NCBI GenBank assembly: GCA_965204535.1
Contig: CBDBEV010000001.1
Location: 1 to 64,000, forward strand
Length of the DNA: 64,000 bases
Origin: a bacterium
GTDB lineage: Bacteria; UBA8248
Reading direction: 5' to 3'
Below, one piece after another: positions 29,601 to 39,105 of this stretch. Under the pieces are notes generated by a model. That model did no database searches. It was not told the DNA's origin and saw only the letters and a list, made by a program, of their open reading frames with translations. The number at the start of each line of letters is the position of its first letter. Within the stretch, counting starts at the first letter, position 1. The translations under genes and the position numbers were made by a program.

Positions 29601-31296
29601 TCGTCTCGCCGGAGTCCTCGTGCGGGTCGTCGACGACGTGAATCTCGAAGCTCGCGCTCCGGCTCCCGGAAGGGATGTGCAGCAGGTTCGCGGCCTGGAC
29701 GGTCTCGGAAGACGTCCTTCCGAACCAGCCTTTGCCCTCGTTGCGCACCGGCCTCCTGTAATCGTCATATTCCGGACCGGCCGGTACCGGCGTGCGGTAG
29801 TCCTCCCCCCAGGTCGCCGTGCCGCCGAGGTTGACGGTCACATTCACGCCGCCGTCAAGCGCCGGCTCGGGCAGCGTGACCGTCACCGTGACCGGCGCGC
29901 CGCCCTCGCGCGGCGCGCCGCTGGCGCTCAGGGTCGGACCGCTGGCGCTCAGGGCCGGAGAGGGGTCCGGCGCCGTCAGCCTCACCCCGACCTGCTGGCC
30001 GTCGCTCCATTGCGGGTTGACGCCGTTCCATGTGTAACTTTCTTCAATGCCGAATGAACCAACGGGTAGCCGCGTAGCGCCGAGATGCAACACCATCCCG
30101 GCAAGATTCGACCGTGGTGTCGGGTTGATGTCAATTCTTGCCGACCTACTGGTAGGAAAGTAAAACAAACCTTCGACTAGATAGGTCACACCGTTGTACT
30201 CGAACTCATCGTCCGAGAGCGCCACGGAGCAGTTGTCTGCGGAGGCGGCGAGGGAGCAGCCGAGAAACCCTGAGCCCTCATCGACTGTCAGCGTCGGGCT
30301 CCAGACGGTGTTCCGCCCCGCGCCCCCGTCGACGGAGGGCACACCGGGGGCGGGCATCTCCAGACTCACGCGAACCCGGCCCGACGCGGGCAGCGAGCCC
30401 AACCAAGAGTAGCCGTTTTCGCTTGGAGAGGCGTCTTCGACGCCATTCCGGTAGACGGAGAAACCGCCCACAGCGCCGTCCGCCAGCGACCAGCGCGTGC
30501 TGCCGACAACCAGCGTCGCGCGCTGCGCGAAGGCAGCGGGGATGTTCCGATCCAACGCGATGTCGATCTGGTTTCGTCGAGTACCCGAGAAGAGATAGCT
30601 AGTAGACTGGAGAACCGCGACCCGGTAGGTCTGGCCGCCATAGCTGAAGCTGTCGTCCGTCAGCGCACCCCGGCAGCGATAGGTTGTTGAGACGAATCTC
30701 GGCTCCGTGCAACCGCGACCGACAATGTGACCGAAATGAGCCCGTGTGTAGTCGTAGTTCTGCACGTCCAGCATGGCGGACCAGAGGGTGACGGTATTCT
30801 GCGCCTGGGCCGGCGCGGCCGCGAACAGGCCGAGCGCGCCGAGCAGCAGCGCCAGCGCGGGGAGGAGGGCGAGGCGGCGCCACGGGGACGCTGACCGGCG
30901 CGCCGGGACCCTGCCGCCCCGGACTCGACGAAGCAGCCGCCGGATGGGGGAAGAGGGAGAGGAGCTTGCGTGCGCGCCCGCGAGGGCGGCGGCAGGCTCA
31001 GGCGGGAGGGAGCCCCTCGACAAACCCGGGACGGGCTCCGCCGGGGTTCGGGAAGCCGGCTTGCGGCGCCCGGGGCTCATGCCGTTCTCTTCGGATGACG
31101 GATGACGGATGACGGATGACGGATGACGGATGACGGATGACGGATGACGGATGACGGATGACGGATGACGGATGACGGATGACGGATGACGGATGACGGA
31201 TGACGGATGACGGATGACGGATGACGGATGACGGACTGTAGCCGATGCCGACTCCGCTTGCAAGTCCCGGTTGGCTTCCCTAGAGCGCTGTCTCAT
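26623..31296 (-). CDS. Large autotransporter-like adhesin 3 (paralogue of adhesin 1)
   Basis: N-terminal leader and last ~650 aa nearly identical to adhesin 1, with a different central passenger region. Start placed at ATG 31296 (MRQRSRE, RBS GGAGGAG) rather than 31434. Confidence 0.88.
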   Translation of the reverse strand: MRQRSREANRDLQAESASATVRHPSSVIRHPSSVIRHPSSVIRHPSSVIRHPSSVIRHPSSVIRHPSSEENGMSPGRRKPASRTPAEPVPGLSRGSLPPEPAAALAGAHASSSPSSPIRRLLRRVRGGRVPARRSASPWRRLALLPALALLLGALGLFAAAPAQAQNTVTLWSAMLDVQNYDYTRAHFGHIVGRGCTEPRFVSTTYRCRGALTDDSFSYGGQTYRVAVLQSTSYLFSGTRRNQIDIALDRNIPAAFAQRATLVVGSTRWSLADGAVGGFSVYRNGVEDASPSENGYSWLGSLPASGRVRVSLEMPAPGVPSVDGGAGRNTVWSPTLTVDEGSGFLGCSLAASADNCSVALSDDEFEYNGVTYLVEGLFYFPTSRSARIDINPTPRSNLAGMVLHLGATRLPVGSFGIEESYTWNGVNPQWSDGQQVGVRLTAPDPSPALSASGPTLSASGAPREGGAPVTVTVTLPEPALDGGVNVTVNLGGTATWGEDYRTPVPAGPEYDDYRRPVRNEGKGWFGRTSSETVQAANLLHIPSGSRSASFEIHVVDDPHEDSGETIDIGVRADHAGIQYTGRQVENCPTCSRRTSLLTYMGAAELTLTITNHEDEETEAARLAAEAAAEAEKQRLAAARAAAGGPLSGLALSAGSQAVALVPAFSPNVLSYRAEVPAGTAGVTLAPHWGAEAELGGSPSVVLVSQGPAAMLAQAQVHASGTAAALALSPSGPTRLEVTVLEPDGSGKRLQGTTTTYRVEVAGAAAPQTAAAGGPLSGLALTAGSQAVALVPAFSPGVKSYRAEVPAGTRAVSLEPSWGAAAAPTVWARSRRPAPHLTLLSRQRVHGSGTAAALPLSPDGPTRLEVTVSEPGLTTTDYRIEVTEAQVQAQVPEEQTPPEEEAQTVAVEFGKVPEEHDGRTAFVLDVQSGSEPAADAFKVTAGTVTGVEPLDPVLWRVRVAPSSWKDVKIALGEASAKVPGPARIRVADARAKEGKDASLDFAVTLHRAASGPVSVDYATKDGTAAAGADYTAASGTLVFAPGETAKTVPVALLDDSHDEGKETFSLTLSNPQGAYLRKMHREAKGVIRNDDPLQAMWLSRFGRTAAENVVEAVGARIGGGAAAGVVLGGHSLTGGKAEREAIESRLAEALLKERDARLGRGEEMPAPSVREVSMSDLLLASSFHMASAENMDAGSRWSLWGRGARSSFEGAGGGLSLEGDVTTATVGFDYERSRWLVGVALSRSSGDGSYKMGGACDTGCAGEVESTLTGVWPYARYRVSGSFSLWGVVGLGSGGMTLTPEGAESMDADLDMGMAAGGARGVLLPARGPGGFELALRADVLVTDTRSDAAAGLAETEAGTSRVRLALEGSRSYRFGDAVLTPSVEIGFRNDSGDAETGGGVEAGGGLRWTSGALTAEVRARGLIAHGAGGYEEWGVSASVGYAPGSDGRGLTLRAGSSWGAAAGGAERLWSRAGGSFAGGAFDPVAGFDAEAGWGLDAWGGLLTPYTGFTLTGSGETYRAGGRFRLAESLTMSLEGDLRERDGGASVHGVALRGSMRW
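31092..31231 (+). repeat. Heptamer microsatellite (CGGATGA)x20 in the 5' region of adhesin 3
   Basis: 140 nt of perfect repeat, same unit and flanks as 17025-17101. Confidence 0.97.
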
Positions 31297-31492
31297 TTTC
31301 CTGCTCCTCCCTCTTTCCCGGTATTGTGATTTCTCGCGATGAGGACACCCGGCTCCCTTCAGTCGGAAGGAAAGCATCCCCCAGACACCATAACCACCCG
31401 ATATATCTGCCTGCACGTGCATGGAATTATACAAGTGTGATATGTATTTAATGTGAGGTTTTGGGCTTCAGTCGTGTTATTTTCATGAGAAA

Positions 31493-32824
31493 ATGCGGTT
31501 GGATGCGTCGCCGCTCCCGAATTCGGCAGAAATGCTCCAGTTCTTCCGCATCATCAACGAGCAGGCCGACCACATGCGGGACCTGATCAGCAACCTGCTG
31601 GACGCGGGGCGCATCGACGCGGGCACGTTGTCGGTCGCGCCCGAGTCCTCGGAGGTGGCGGCGCTGGTGGACCAGGCAAGAAACACGTTCCTGAGCAGCG
31701 GCGGCCGACACCCCCTCCTCATCGACCTTCCGCCGGATTTGCCCCGGGTGATGGCGGACCGCCAGCGCATGGTCCAGGTTCTGAACAACCTCTTGTCCAA
31801 CGCGGCGAGGCATTCTACGGAATCCTCCCCGATTCGGATCGCCGCGGAACACAAGGAAGAGTACGTCGCGGTCTCGGTCTCCGACGAAGGCCGGGGCGTA
31901 GCGCCCGAACTGCTGCCCCGCCTGTTCGAGAAGCACGCCGGCGTCGCCAACGCAGACGAGGCAGGCGGGTTTGGCCGGAGCGGCTTGGGCCTTGCCATCT
32001 GCAAGGGTCTGGTCGAGGCCCACGGGGGCCGCATCCGGGCGGAGAGCGGCGGTCCGGGCCAGGGAACCTGCTTCACCTTCACCATCGCGACGGCAGGGGA
32101 GGCGGGCGAGGGCGCTGACGAGCGGCCGCCCCGGGAAGCGCGTGAGCCGACGCGCATTCTCGTGGTGGACGACGACCCGCAGACGCTGCGTTTCGTTCGC
32201 GACACGCTTACGGAGGCGGGTTACGCCCCGCTCGTCACGGGCGAGGCGCGGGAGCTCTCCCGGCTCATCCGGGCCGAGAATCCCCAGCTGGTCCTGCTGG
32301 ATCTGGTGCTGCCGGGGGCCGACGGGATCGAACTGATGGAAAGCGTCCCGGAACTCGCCGACCTGCCTGTGATCTTCATCTCGGGCTACGGACGGGACGA
32401 GACCATCGCCAAGGCCCTGAAGAGCGGAGCCGCCGACTATATCGTCAAGCCCTTCTCGGGGACCGAGCTGACGGCGAGGGTCGGGGCAGCCCTGCGCCAC
32501 AGGGTCGAGCCCGAACCCTTCCTCATGGGGGAGCTGGCCATCCACTACGATCTGCGCCGGGTGACCATGGCTGGGCGCCGGTTGGAACTGACGGCGACCG
32601 AATACGAACTGTTGCGCCTGCTCTCACTCCGCGCGGGGCGGGTATTGACCTGCGATTCGTTGCTGCGCCAGATATGGGGCATACACGACCCGGACGACCC
32701 AAAGCTGGTGCGCACGTTCGTGAAGCAGCTCCGCCGGAAGCTCGGCGATGACGCGGCCCGGCCCACCTGGATCCTGACCGAGCGCGGGGTCGGCTACCGC
32801 ATGGCCGCACCCGAAAACCCCTGA
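31493..32824 (+). CDS. N-terminally truncated hybrid protein: partial HisKA, HATPase, receiver and OmpR-type winged helix
   Basis: QVLNNLLSNA, VSDEGRG, GLGLAICK; ILVVDDD..LVLLDLVLP..YIVKPFS; LTATEY..LRRKL..TERGVGY. No H-box or sensor domain. Confidence 0.8.
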   Translation: MRLDASPLPNSAEMLQFFRIINEQADHMRDLISNLLDAGRIDAGTLSVAPESSEVAALVDQARNTFLSSGGRHPLLIDLPPDLPRVMADRQRMVQVLNNLLSNAARHSTESSPIRIAAEHKEEYVAVSVSDEGRGVAPELLPRLFEKHAGVANADEAGGFGRSGLGLAICKGLVEAHGGRIRAESGGPGQGTCFTFTIATAGEAGEGADERPPREAREPTRILVVDDDPQTLRFVRDTLTEAGYAPLVTGEARELSRLIRAENPQLVLLDLVLPGADGIELMESVPELADLPVIFISGYGRDETIAKALKSGAADYIVKPFSGTELTARVGAALRHRVEPEPFLMGELAIHYDLRRVTMAGRRLELTATEYELLRLLSLRAGRVLTCDSLLRQIWGIHDPDDPKLVRTFVKQLRRKLGDDAARPTWILTERGVGYRMAAPENP

Positions 32825-32943
32825 GAGCCCTGCGCTTCGGGCCAGGGCGGGCAGCCCCGCTCTGTTCCGGATGTCCGAAGTCGCAGCCTTTGACGCACAG
32901 GATGTGAATCCGCTGCGGCAAGACGGATCAGGAGGGTAGGGGC

Positions 32944-33306
32944 GTGGTGCAGTTTCTGGGCGAGCCGACGGTGGCGCGCGTCCGGGCCTGGCTTCTGGAG
33001 GCAGGCCTGACGAAGGGGCCGCTGTTCCGGCCGCTGTTCAAGTCGGGCCGGCTGCGGGAAGGGCGCCTGACGGAGAGGAGCATCCGCCGCATCATCATCC
33101 AGCGCGCCCGGGACGCGGGCGTGGAGGGGCGCATCAGCGGGCACAGCCTGCGCGTGGGCAGCGCATTGAGTCTGGCGAGCGCCGGGGCTTCCCTGGCCGG
33201 GATGCAGGTCGCAGGCCGCCAGCGATCGCCGGCCATGCCGGGGCGCTACGCCCAGGGACAACTCGCGAAACAGGGCCCGATGGCGAGGCTGCGCTACGGG
33301 CGGTGA
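32944..33306 (+). pseudogene. Tyrosine recombinase/integrase C-terminal fragment
   Basis: GPLFR, ISGHSLRVG (HxxR) and GR.RS..M..RY; only ~120 aa remain. Confidence 0.8.
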
Positions 33307-33335
33307 GGTCCGCCCGTCTTCTCCCGAATATCTCC

Positions 33336-34055
33336 CTACCGCCTCTTCTTTCTCCGGGCGGCTCTCTCCTCCGGCGCGAAAGTCCACCTCCGGGCGGAGG
33401 CCCACTTCTCGAGGTCTTCGAGCAGGTAGCGCACCCGGTATCCGGTGCGAAGAAAATCCGGCCCCTCGCCGCTCACGCGGTAGCGCTCGAGCGTCCTGGG
33501 CGAGAGGCCGAGCCAGGCGGCCGCCTCCCGCGTGTCCAGGCGGTTCTCCCCCGTGCGCTCATCGACGCCTCCCGCGGCCCCGGGTTCCACCGCGGCGTCC
33601 CACGTCCCGTCGAACGGATCGGGCAAGTCCGCGAGCCTCTCGCGTATGGCGCGGACCTCCTCTCGGGTCGCGCCCGCCGCCATCCAGGCGCGCACCCGGT
33701 CGAAGGTCCTGAGATACGGCGAGGCGCCCCGGCGCAGCCTTCCCACGAAGGAGGGGTTCCCCACGGCCTCCTCGCCCAGGATCGAGACCTTGGTCCCGCT
33801 CACCGCGAGAAACGCCTCGACCTCGGCCCGCAGGAGCGGTCCCAGGGACGGGTACCCCATGAACGCGAGCACCCGGTCCGCCGTGTCGACCCGCAGGGGC
33901 CGCCCCCGGGCCTGCAGTCCCACGAAGCCGGGAACCCCCGGCGCGCCCACCCCGAAGCGCCTCGCGCTCATCCCGCGGCGCGCGCGCCAGAGCGCAATGC
34001 TCCGGCGCAGCCGCTCGTCCAGCGGGGCGCCGGTATCGTCGTCGAACGCGGTCAT
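33336..34055 (-). CDS. DNA-binding protein with two tandem HTH-like repeats and a C-terminal excisionase/AlpA-type HTH
   Basis: Internal duplication (GMSARRFG..TADRVLAFM / GTKVSILG..TFDRVRAWM) and LDTREAAAWLGLSPRTLERYR..GP..VRY...DL..W. Confidence 0.75.
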   Translation of the reverse strand: MTAFDDDTGAPLDERLRRSIALWRARRGMSARRFGVGAPGVPGFVGLQARGRPLRVDTADRVLAFMGYPSLGPLLRAEVEAFLAVSGTKVSILGEEAVGNPSFVGRLRRGASPYLRTFDRVRAWMAAGATREEVRAIRERLADLPDPFDGTWDAAVEPGAAGGVDERTGENRLDTREAAAWLGLSPRTLERYRVSGEGPDFLRTGYRVRYLLEDLEKWASARRWTFAPEERAARRKKRR

Positions 34056-34596
34056 GGCGCGCGAACATAAGGAAAGGACGAGCGCCCGTTCAATCGTTGT
34101 TTCCAGCGCGGAAGGTACACCCGGGAAGAGTCCGCGCCTGCGTCCGTGCGCGGGTCGCTCATCGGTTCAGCCTGAAATCAAGGGCGTTTCCCGGAAAACG
34201 AGGGTCGCCGGAGAACGCGCAGCGAGACGCTACGGAAAAAAAGGAAGGACGCCGCCTCCCGGGCGAGAGCTCGAAAGCCTCTTTCGTTCACGCCGCAGTG
34301 GGCTGTTTCGCGAGTCGTCCCTGCGAATGGCGGTGAACGGTATCTCGAACTGCCGCTGTTCGGGAACTTGCTGTTACGGCCTGGCTGAATGATTGGCTCG
34401 AGCGCTCACGGACGATAGCCCGCAGGGATGCGCAGGGGTTATAATGAATCCGCTTGCGGCTTGATTACAGGCTCTGCGGGGCCGGTTCGGAATCGGTTCG
34501 GGATCAGGTCGGAAAATGAGTAAACTGAAATAATATCAATACGATAAAGGAATCCTGCACATGACGGAAAACGCCTAGCATTTCCAAATTCCTAGA

Positions 34597-34760
34597 TAAT
34601 ACGATAAATTCACGGGGTTTTCCTGTAAATTTCTGAAAATTACCGGCCATGCAAGTGGTTGTAATAAAAAGAGTTACCATAGAAACCTGAGTGTCCCGCA
34701 CTCAGATATGGCGGCAAAAAAAGTTTTTCGCCGACCCCCGCATTTGCGCGCATTTGCCCG
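34597..34760 (-). repeat. ~170-bp non-coding element, copy A (inverted relative to copy B at 57191-57375)
   Basis: Reverse complement CGAAAAACTTTTTTTGCCGCCATATCTGAGTGCGGGACACTCAG..TAACTCTTTTTATTACAA..TTTTCAGAAATTTA..CGTGAATTT matches 57241-57365. Confidence 0.9.
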
Positions 34761-34860
34761 AGGCGCTGCTTGCGGACGGCGCCGAAGCTGAAGCCGGTGA
34801 CGAGGCGCTTCCGGATCAGGACGCCGAGGATGGCCACGGGGGCGAACGACGTCAGCGTCC

Positions 34861-34876
34861 CGTTTCACGTGAAACG
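34861..34876. promoter_or_regulatory. parS-like site
   Basis: Perfect 16-bp palindrome CGTTTCACGTGAAACG matching the ParB-binding consensus GTTTCACGTGAAAC. Confidence 0.85.
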
Positions 34877-34878
34877 GT

Positions 34879-36915
34879 TCAGAGGAGGTCTTTCACGCGC
34901 GCGGCGACGTTCTCCGGCGTGAGGCCGAAATGCGAATATATTTCCTTGTACGGCGCGCTCGCCCCGAATCGATCGATTCCAATCACGGCGCCATCATCCC
35001 CCACCCACTCACGCCAGCCCATGGTGGCGCCCGCCTCGATCGCCACCCTCGCCCTCACTTCCGGCGGGAGAACAGAATCGCGATAGGCGGGGGATTGCCC
35101 TCGGAAAAGCTCCCAACTCGGCATGCTCACGACCCGGGCATCGATTCCACCTGCTGCCAATTCGCTTTGCGCTTCCATCGCTAGATGAACCTCCGAGCCT
35201 GTGGCGATCAATACAGCTTGGGGGGAATTCCCACTCTCCGCCGAGATGACATAGGCCCCTCGCGACAGGGCATCCGCTTCGTTCTCCTCCGAACGCTTCA
35301 AGATGGGCAGGCCCTGGCGGGTCAACACGAGCATGGTCGGACCCTCGAGGCGCTCGATCGCCACCCGCCAAGCGACAGCGGTTTCGTTCGCGTCGCATGG
35401 GCGAATGATGGTGAGGCCCGGCATGGCGCGAAGCGATGCGAGGTGCTCGATCGGCTGGTGGGTGGGGCCGTCCTCGCCCAGGCCGATGGAATCATGCGTC
35501 ATCACGTAGATGACGGGCAATTCCATCAGCGCCGCGAGGCGTATCGCCGGGCGGGCGTAATCGGTGAATGTGAAGAAAGTGGCCGCATAAGGACGAACAC
35601 CTCCGTGCAGGGCCATACCCGAGCAGGCGGCTCCCATGGCGTGTTCCCTGATGCCCCAGTTGATGTTGCGATTGGAGAAATCCCCCCTGGCGAAATTTCC
35701 CGATGCCTTGATGAGCGAGTTGTTTGAAGCCGCCAAGTCCGCGCTTCCACCGATAAGCCAGGGCATGGCGGGGGCGATTTCATTCAGTACTTCCCCGGAT
35801 GCCGCCCGCGTAGCAAGCGCCCCGCCGTCAGCCTGGAACCGGGGAATCCGGCTCTCCCAACCGGCCGGCAGTTCTCCTTGAATCGCCGCCTGAAACTTCG
35901 CAGCCAACTCCGGATTCTCCGCCTCATATTTCGCGAACCGGCGATTCCAGTCCTCTTCAAGCGCGGAGCCGCGGGAAACCGCCTCTCCCATGTGAGCGGA
36001 CACTTCATCAGGCACCAGGAACGTTTCATTCTCAGGCCAGCCATAGCTTCTTTTCGTAGCCTCGACTTCTTCATCCCCCAAGGGAGCGCCATGCGCGCGT
36101 GCGGTATCCTGATATCGAGGCGAGCCATATCCGATGTGCGAGCGAACGACGATCAAGGACGGACGTTCAGCCTCTGCCTCCGCCAAGTTGAGCGCACCGG
36201 AAATCCTGGATAAATCCTCCGCGCTGTCACCCAGGTTTTGCACATGCCAGTTGTACCCCGCAAAGCGCTTCCCTACATCATCGGAATAACTGAGCGACGT
36301 CTCGCCGTCGATGGTAATGCGGTTATCGTCATAGACACAAATCAATTTGCCGAGACCCAGATGTCCAGCGAGGGATGCCGCTTCATGGGAGGCGCCTTCC
36401 ATGATATCGCCGTCGCTCATGAACACGTACGTACGGTGATCCACTATCGAGTGGCCCGGTCGATTGAAAACGCTCGCCAAATGCGCCTCCGCCATTGCCA
36501 TGCCCAGTGCATTCATGAATCCCTGTCCCAGAGGGCCTGTGGTCGTCTCGACACCCGGCGTAAGCCCGTATTCGGGATGCCCCGGCGTCTTGCTTCCCCA
36601 CTGACGAAAACGGACGATCTCATGGAGCGGAAGGTCATAACCGCTCAGATGGAGAACCGCGTAAAGAAGCATGGAGGCATGACCACACGAGAGCACGAAG
36701 CGGTCCCGGTCAAACCATTCGGGATTTCGGGGATTATAGCGCAGGTGGTTCATCCACAATTCATACGCCAGCGGCGCCAGAGCCATTGGCGTTCCCGGAT
36801 GGCCGCTGTTCGCCACTTGCACCGCATCCATCGAAAGTGTGCGTATGGTGTGAATCGATTGTTCGGAGATGCTCATGCCGGAAAACCGCTCTTTTTCCGT
36901 CGAGAATTTCGTCAT
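34879..36915 (-). CDS. tkt: Transketolase
   Basis: [35 protein letters not shown]. Alternative start at 36876. Confidence 0.98.
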   Translation of the reverse strand: MTKFSTEKERFSGMSISEQSIHTIRTLSMDAVQVANSGHPGTPMALAPLAYELWMNHLRYNPRNPEWFDRDRFVLSCGHASMLLYAVLHLSGYDLPLHEIVRFRQWGSKTPGHPEYGLTPGVETTTGPLGQGFMNALGMAMAEAHLASVFNRPGHSIVDHRTYVFMSDGDIMEGASHEAASLAGHLGLGKLICVYDDNRITIDGETSLSYSDDVGKRFAGYNWHVQNLGDSAEDLSRISGALNLAEAEAERPSLIVVRSHIGYGSPRYQDTARAHGAPLGDEEVEATKRSYGWPENETFLVPDEVSAHMGEAVSRGSALEEDWNRRFAKYEAENPELAAKFQAAIQGELPAGWESRIPRFQADGGALATRAASGEVLNEIAPAMPWLIGGSADLAASNNSLIKASGNFARGDFSNRNINWGIREHAMGAACSGMALHGGVRPYAATFFTFTDYARPAIRLAALMELPVIYVMTHDSIGLGEDGPTHQPIEHLASLRAMPGLTIIRPCDANETAVAWRVAIERLEGPTMLVLTRQGLPILKRSEENEADALSRGAYVISAESGNSPQAVLIATGSEVHLAMEAQSELAAGGIDARVVSMPSWELFRGQSPAYRDSVLPPEVRARVAIEAGATMGWREWVGDDGAVIGIDRFGASAPYKEIYSHFGLTPENVAARVKDLL

Positions 36916-37026
36916 GCCTGATATGCTCGCTTACAGGGGGAAGAAACTAAAAAAGCCGGTTCTATGCCACGTCCCGCCATCGGGGCCCGATATTTCATGC
37001 AATCCATTCAATGTGCCCGGATTGGG

Positions 37027-38214
37027 TCATGCGTTCGCCTTGCGCCGCTGCAACGTTTCGAGCCACCCTTCCAAAGTTTCCACAACTATCTGGTCAGCAA
37101 GAGGGAAAACCGGCATCGTTCGGTCTTTATCCTCTTCCGCATCATTACGCAACAGGGATGCGGCCGATTCTTCCACTTTTCGCTCAAGCGCCGATATTTT
37201 CCCCAATATCCAAGGGGCATCCTCTCCCAAGGCTTGCGCCTTTCGACACATATCCAGCGCTTGTGCATCGTTTTCCTCTTCGACGTAGAGTTCAACCATC
37301 CTTCGGAGAATTGAGTCGACGGCTTTTTCCCCGATAACACCCTCTTCTCCTGGCGCGATACCAGACTCTCGCCCCTCACTCACGGTTTCAGCTACTTTAT
37401 CCGCAGGGCTCAAAGCATCACCCAAATCTTCAAATTCGGCGGCTGACGTATCGGCGTCCTCTTCAACTGCTTCCATATTTCCGGACGCGACATCATCTCC
37501 CTTCGCCTCAACTGGTACGTTTGCCTCACCTTTTATTTTTCCTGCTATTAAATCGAGATTTTCTCCCGTCTCGGGGGATCCCGTGGGCACATCAACATCC
37601 TCGCCCCGCGATAATCGCTCTCGGATGGCAGCCAACTTCTCATTCCATTCGACTTTAGCGGGCTCAGACTCCAAAAGACGCTCATAAACGTCCCGCGCCC
37701 TATCCAGATGGCCTTGAGCCATATAGAGTTCAGCAAGAGCCGGCGTGGCCACTGCGTCCAATTCTTCCTCGGGAACAACAGGTGAGGAGCTATCAACATC
37801 GGAATCGGTTATCGTGCTTTGGGGCGATACTTCATCGGCCCCGAACACCTCCGCCGCCCTTAACGCAACTTGCGCGGCCTTTTCATCGCCCTTTTTCCGC
37901 CAACACTCGGCCAAAAGACGTTGACCCGAGATATTCCAAGGAGCGATTTCCAGGGCTTTTGCGATAAAACGGGCTGCTTGTTCGTGTTCATCTTTCGAGA
38001 GGAGTATTCCTCCAAGCAGAACACCCGCGGCTGCGTAGTTGGGATAGGTTGCCAATCCACCTCTCAGGAGATTTTCGGCCTGGTCTACTTCACCTTTTTC
38101 CCATAAAAGGGATGCCAAAGGGAAAAAAGCAGCCGAGGCGGGGTATTGTTGCAAACGCCCTTCCAAAGCTTTGATTCGGGCTTCTGGATTACTCAAGCGA
38201 CGTATCATTGACAC
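37027..38214 (-). CDS. Tetratricopeptide repeat protein
   Basis: FFPLASLL..P.Y.AA.VLLG and TPALAELYMAQGH helical repeats with acidic linkers. Confidence 0.8.
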   Translation of the reverse strand: MSMIRRLSNPEARIKALEGRLQQYPASAAFFPLASLLWEKGEVDQAENLLRGGLATYPNYAAAGVLLGGILLSKDEHEQAARFIAKALEIAPWNISGQRLLAECWRKKGDEKAAQVALRAAEVFGADEVSPQSTITDSDVDSSSPVVPEEELDAVATPALAELYMAQGHLDRARDVYERLLESEPAKVEWNEKLAAIRERLSRGEDVDVPTGSPETGENLDLIAGKIKGEANVPVEAKGDDVASGNMEAVEEDADTSAAEFEDLGDALSPADKVAETVSEGRESGIAPGEEGVIGEKAVDSILRRMVELYVEEENDAQALDMCRKAQALGEDAPWILGKISALERKVEESAASLLRNDAEEDKDRTMPVFPLADQIVVETLEGWLETLQRRKANA

Positions 38215-38357
38215 CTGATTCTCGGCAGGGAATAAAGGGCACCTTCATGCGTATGAAGAAATGCTAGCAAAGGGCGCCCTGCCCTGACAAGAGCTTCGTA
38301 TCTCCTGCAGTCATCCAAGTTCTCATGCCTGAAAGAGTTATAAATTCGATTTTATCG

Positions 38358-38786
38358 TTATGAATCGACAACGGCCAAGGCGTTCACCTCGATGAGACAA
38401 CGTGGATCTGTAGCCAGTTGAACCACCTGAACGGTGGTAGTGGTTGGTTTGTTGTCTCCGAAATACTCCGCCCACACCTTGTTTAGGGAATCTTGACCCT
38501 CCATGTTGGTTACAAATCGGCTGGCAGAAACGACATCGCCAAAATCAGCGTCCACCGCCTCAAGGCTTTTTTTCAAGTTCGCCAACGCCGCTCGAGCCTG
38601 CCCTTCCATATCCCGGGGCATGGCATCAAATTCTTCCGGCTGATGCGGATGATGGTGATAGACGGGTGCTGCGGTTACTCCAGCAAGAAATACAAGGCTA
38701 CCCTCAGTTACTTTGATAACCGGCGCATAAGGCATCCACAGATCAGGTGCATCCGGCCAATGGAGATGCTCTACTTTCTTACCCAT
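38358..38786 (-). CDS. RidA/YjgF family protein
   Basis: LVFLAG, QARAALANL, LNKVWAEYF..PTTT..LIEVNA. Start moved to MGKK. Confidence 0.88.
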   Translation of the reverse strand: MGKKVEHLHWPDAPDLWMPYAPVIKVTEGSLVFLAGVTAAPVYHHHPHQPEEFDAMPRDMEGQARAALANLKKSLEAVDADFGDVVSASRFVTNMEGQDSLNKVWAEYFGDNKPTTTTVQVVQLATDPRCLIEVNALAVVDS

Positions 38787-39105
38787 TTCATTTCCTTTCA
38801 TATATGTAACTGCCCATATTCCAGATATTTTCATCCGGCCTTGTAAACACTCTGCACTTTTTGAGCAATTCAAATGAACGATTCGATCGAAGAATCCTCT
38901 CGTCAACATTATCGCTTTCATTTTCACATCATATCACCAGGTAACAAGTGTGACGCCCGCACAACCTACTCGGCCTTCTACCTCAAAACCGCCGGTTTCC
39001 ACGCCATGGTTAGAAACTACGAAACTTCAAATGTATTTACGCTCATCGCAATCTATTCGATAATATTCATTCGTGCTCTTCTCCTGCATCACAAAAGGAT
39101 ATTCC

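Noticed and set aside
12661-30057. Very long plus-strand and alternative-frame ORFs (e.g. 12661-16464, 20506-24918, 26509-30057, 21569-25099)
   Set aside because: They are Arg/Gly/Pro-rich shadows of the extremely GC-rich adhesin genes, with no recognisable domains.
17025-31231. Heptamer tracts as CRISPR-like or DGR repeats
   Set aside because: They are pure tandem repeats without spacers, and no reverse transcriptase or adenine-specific template/variable pair was seen.
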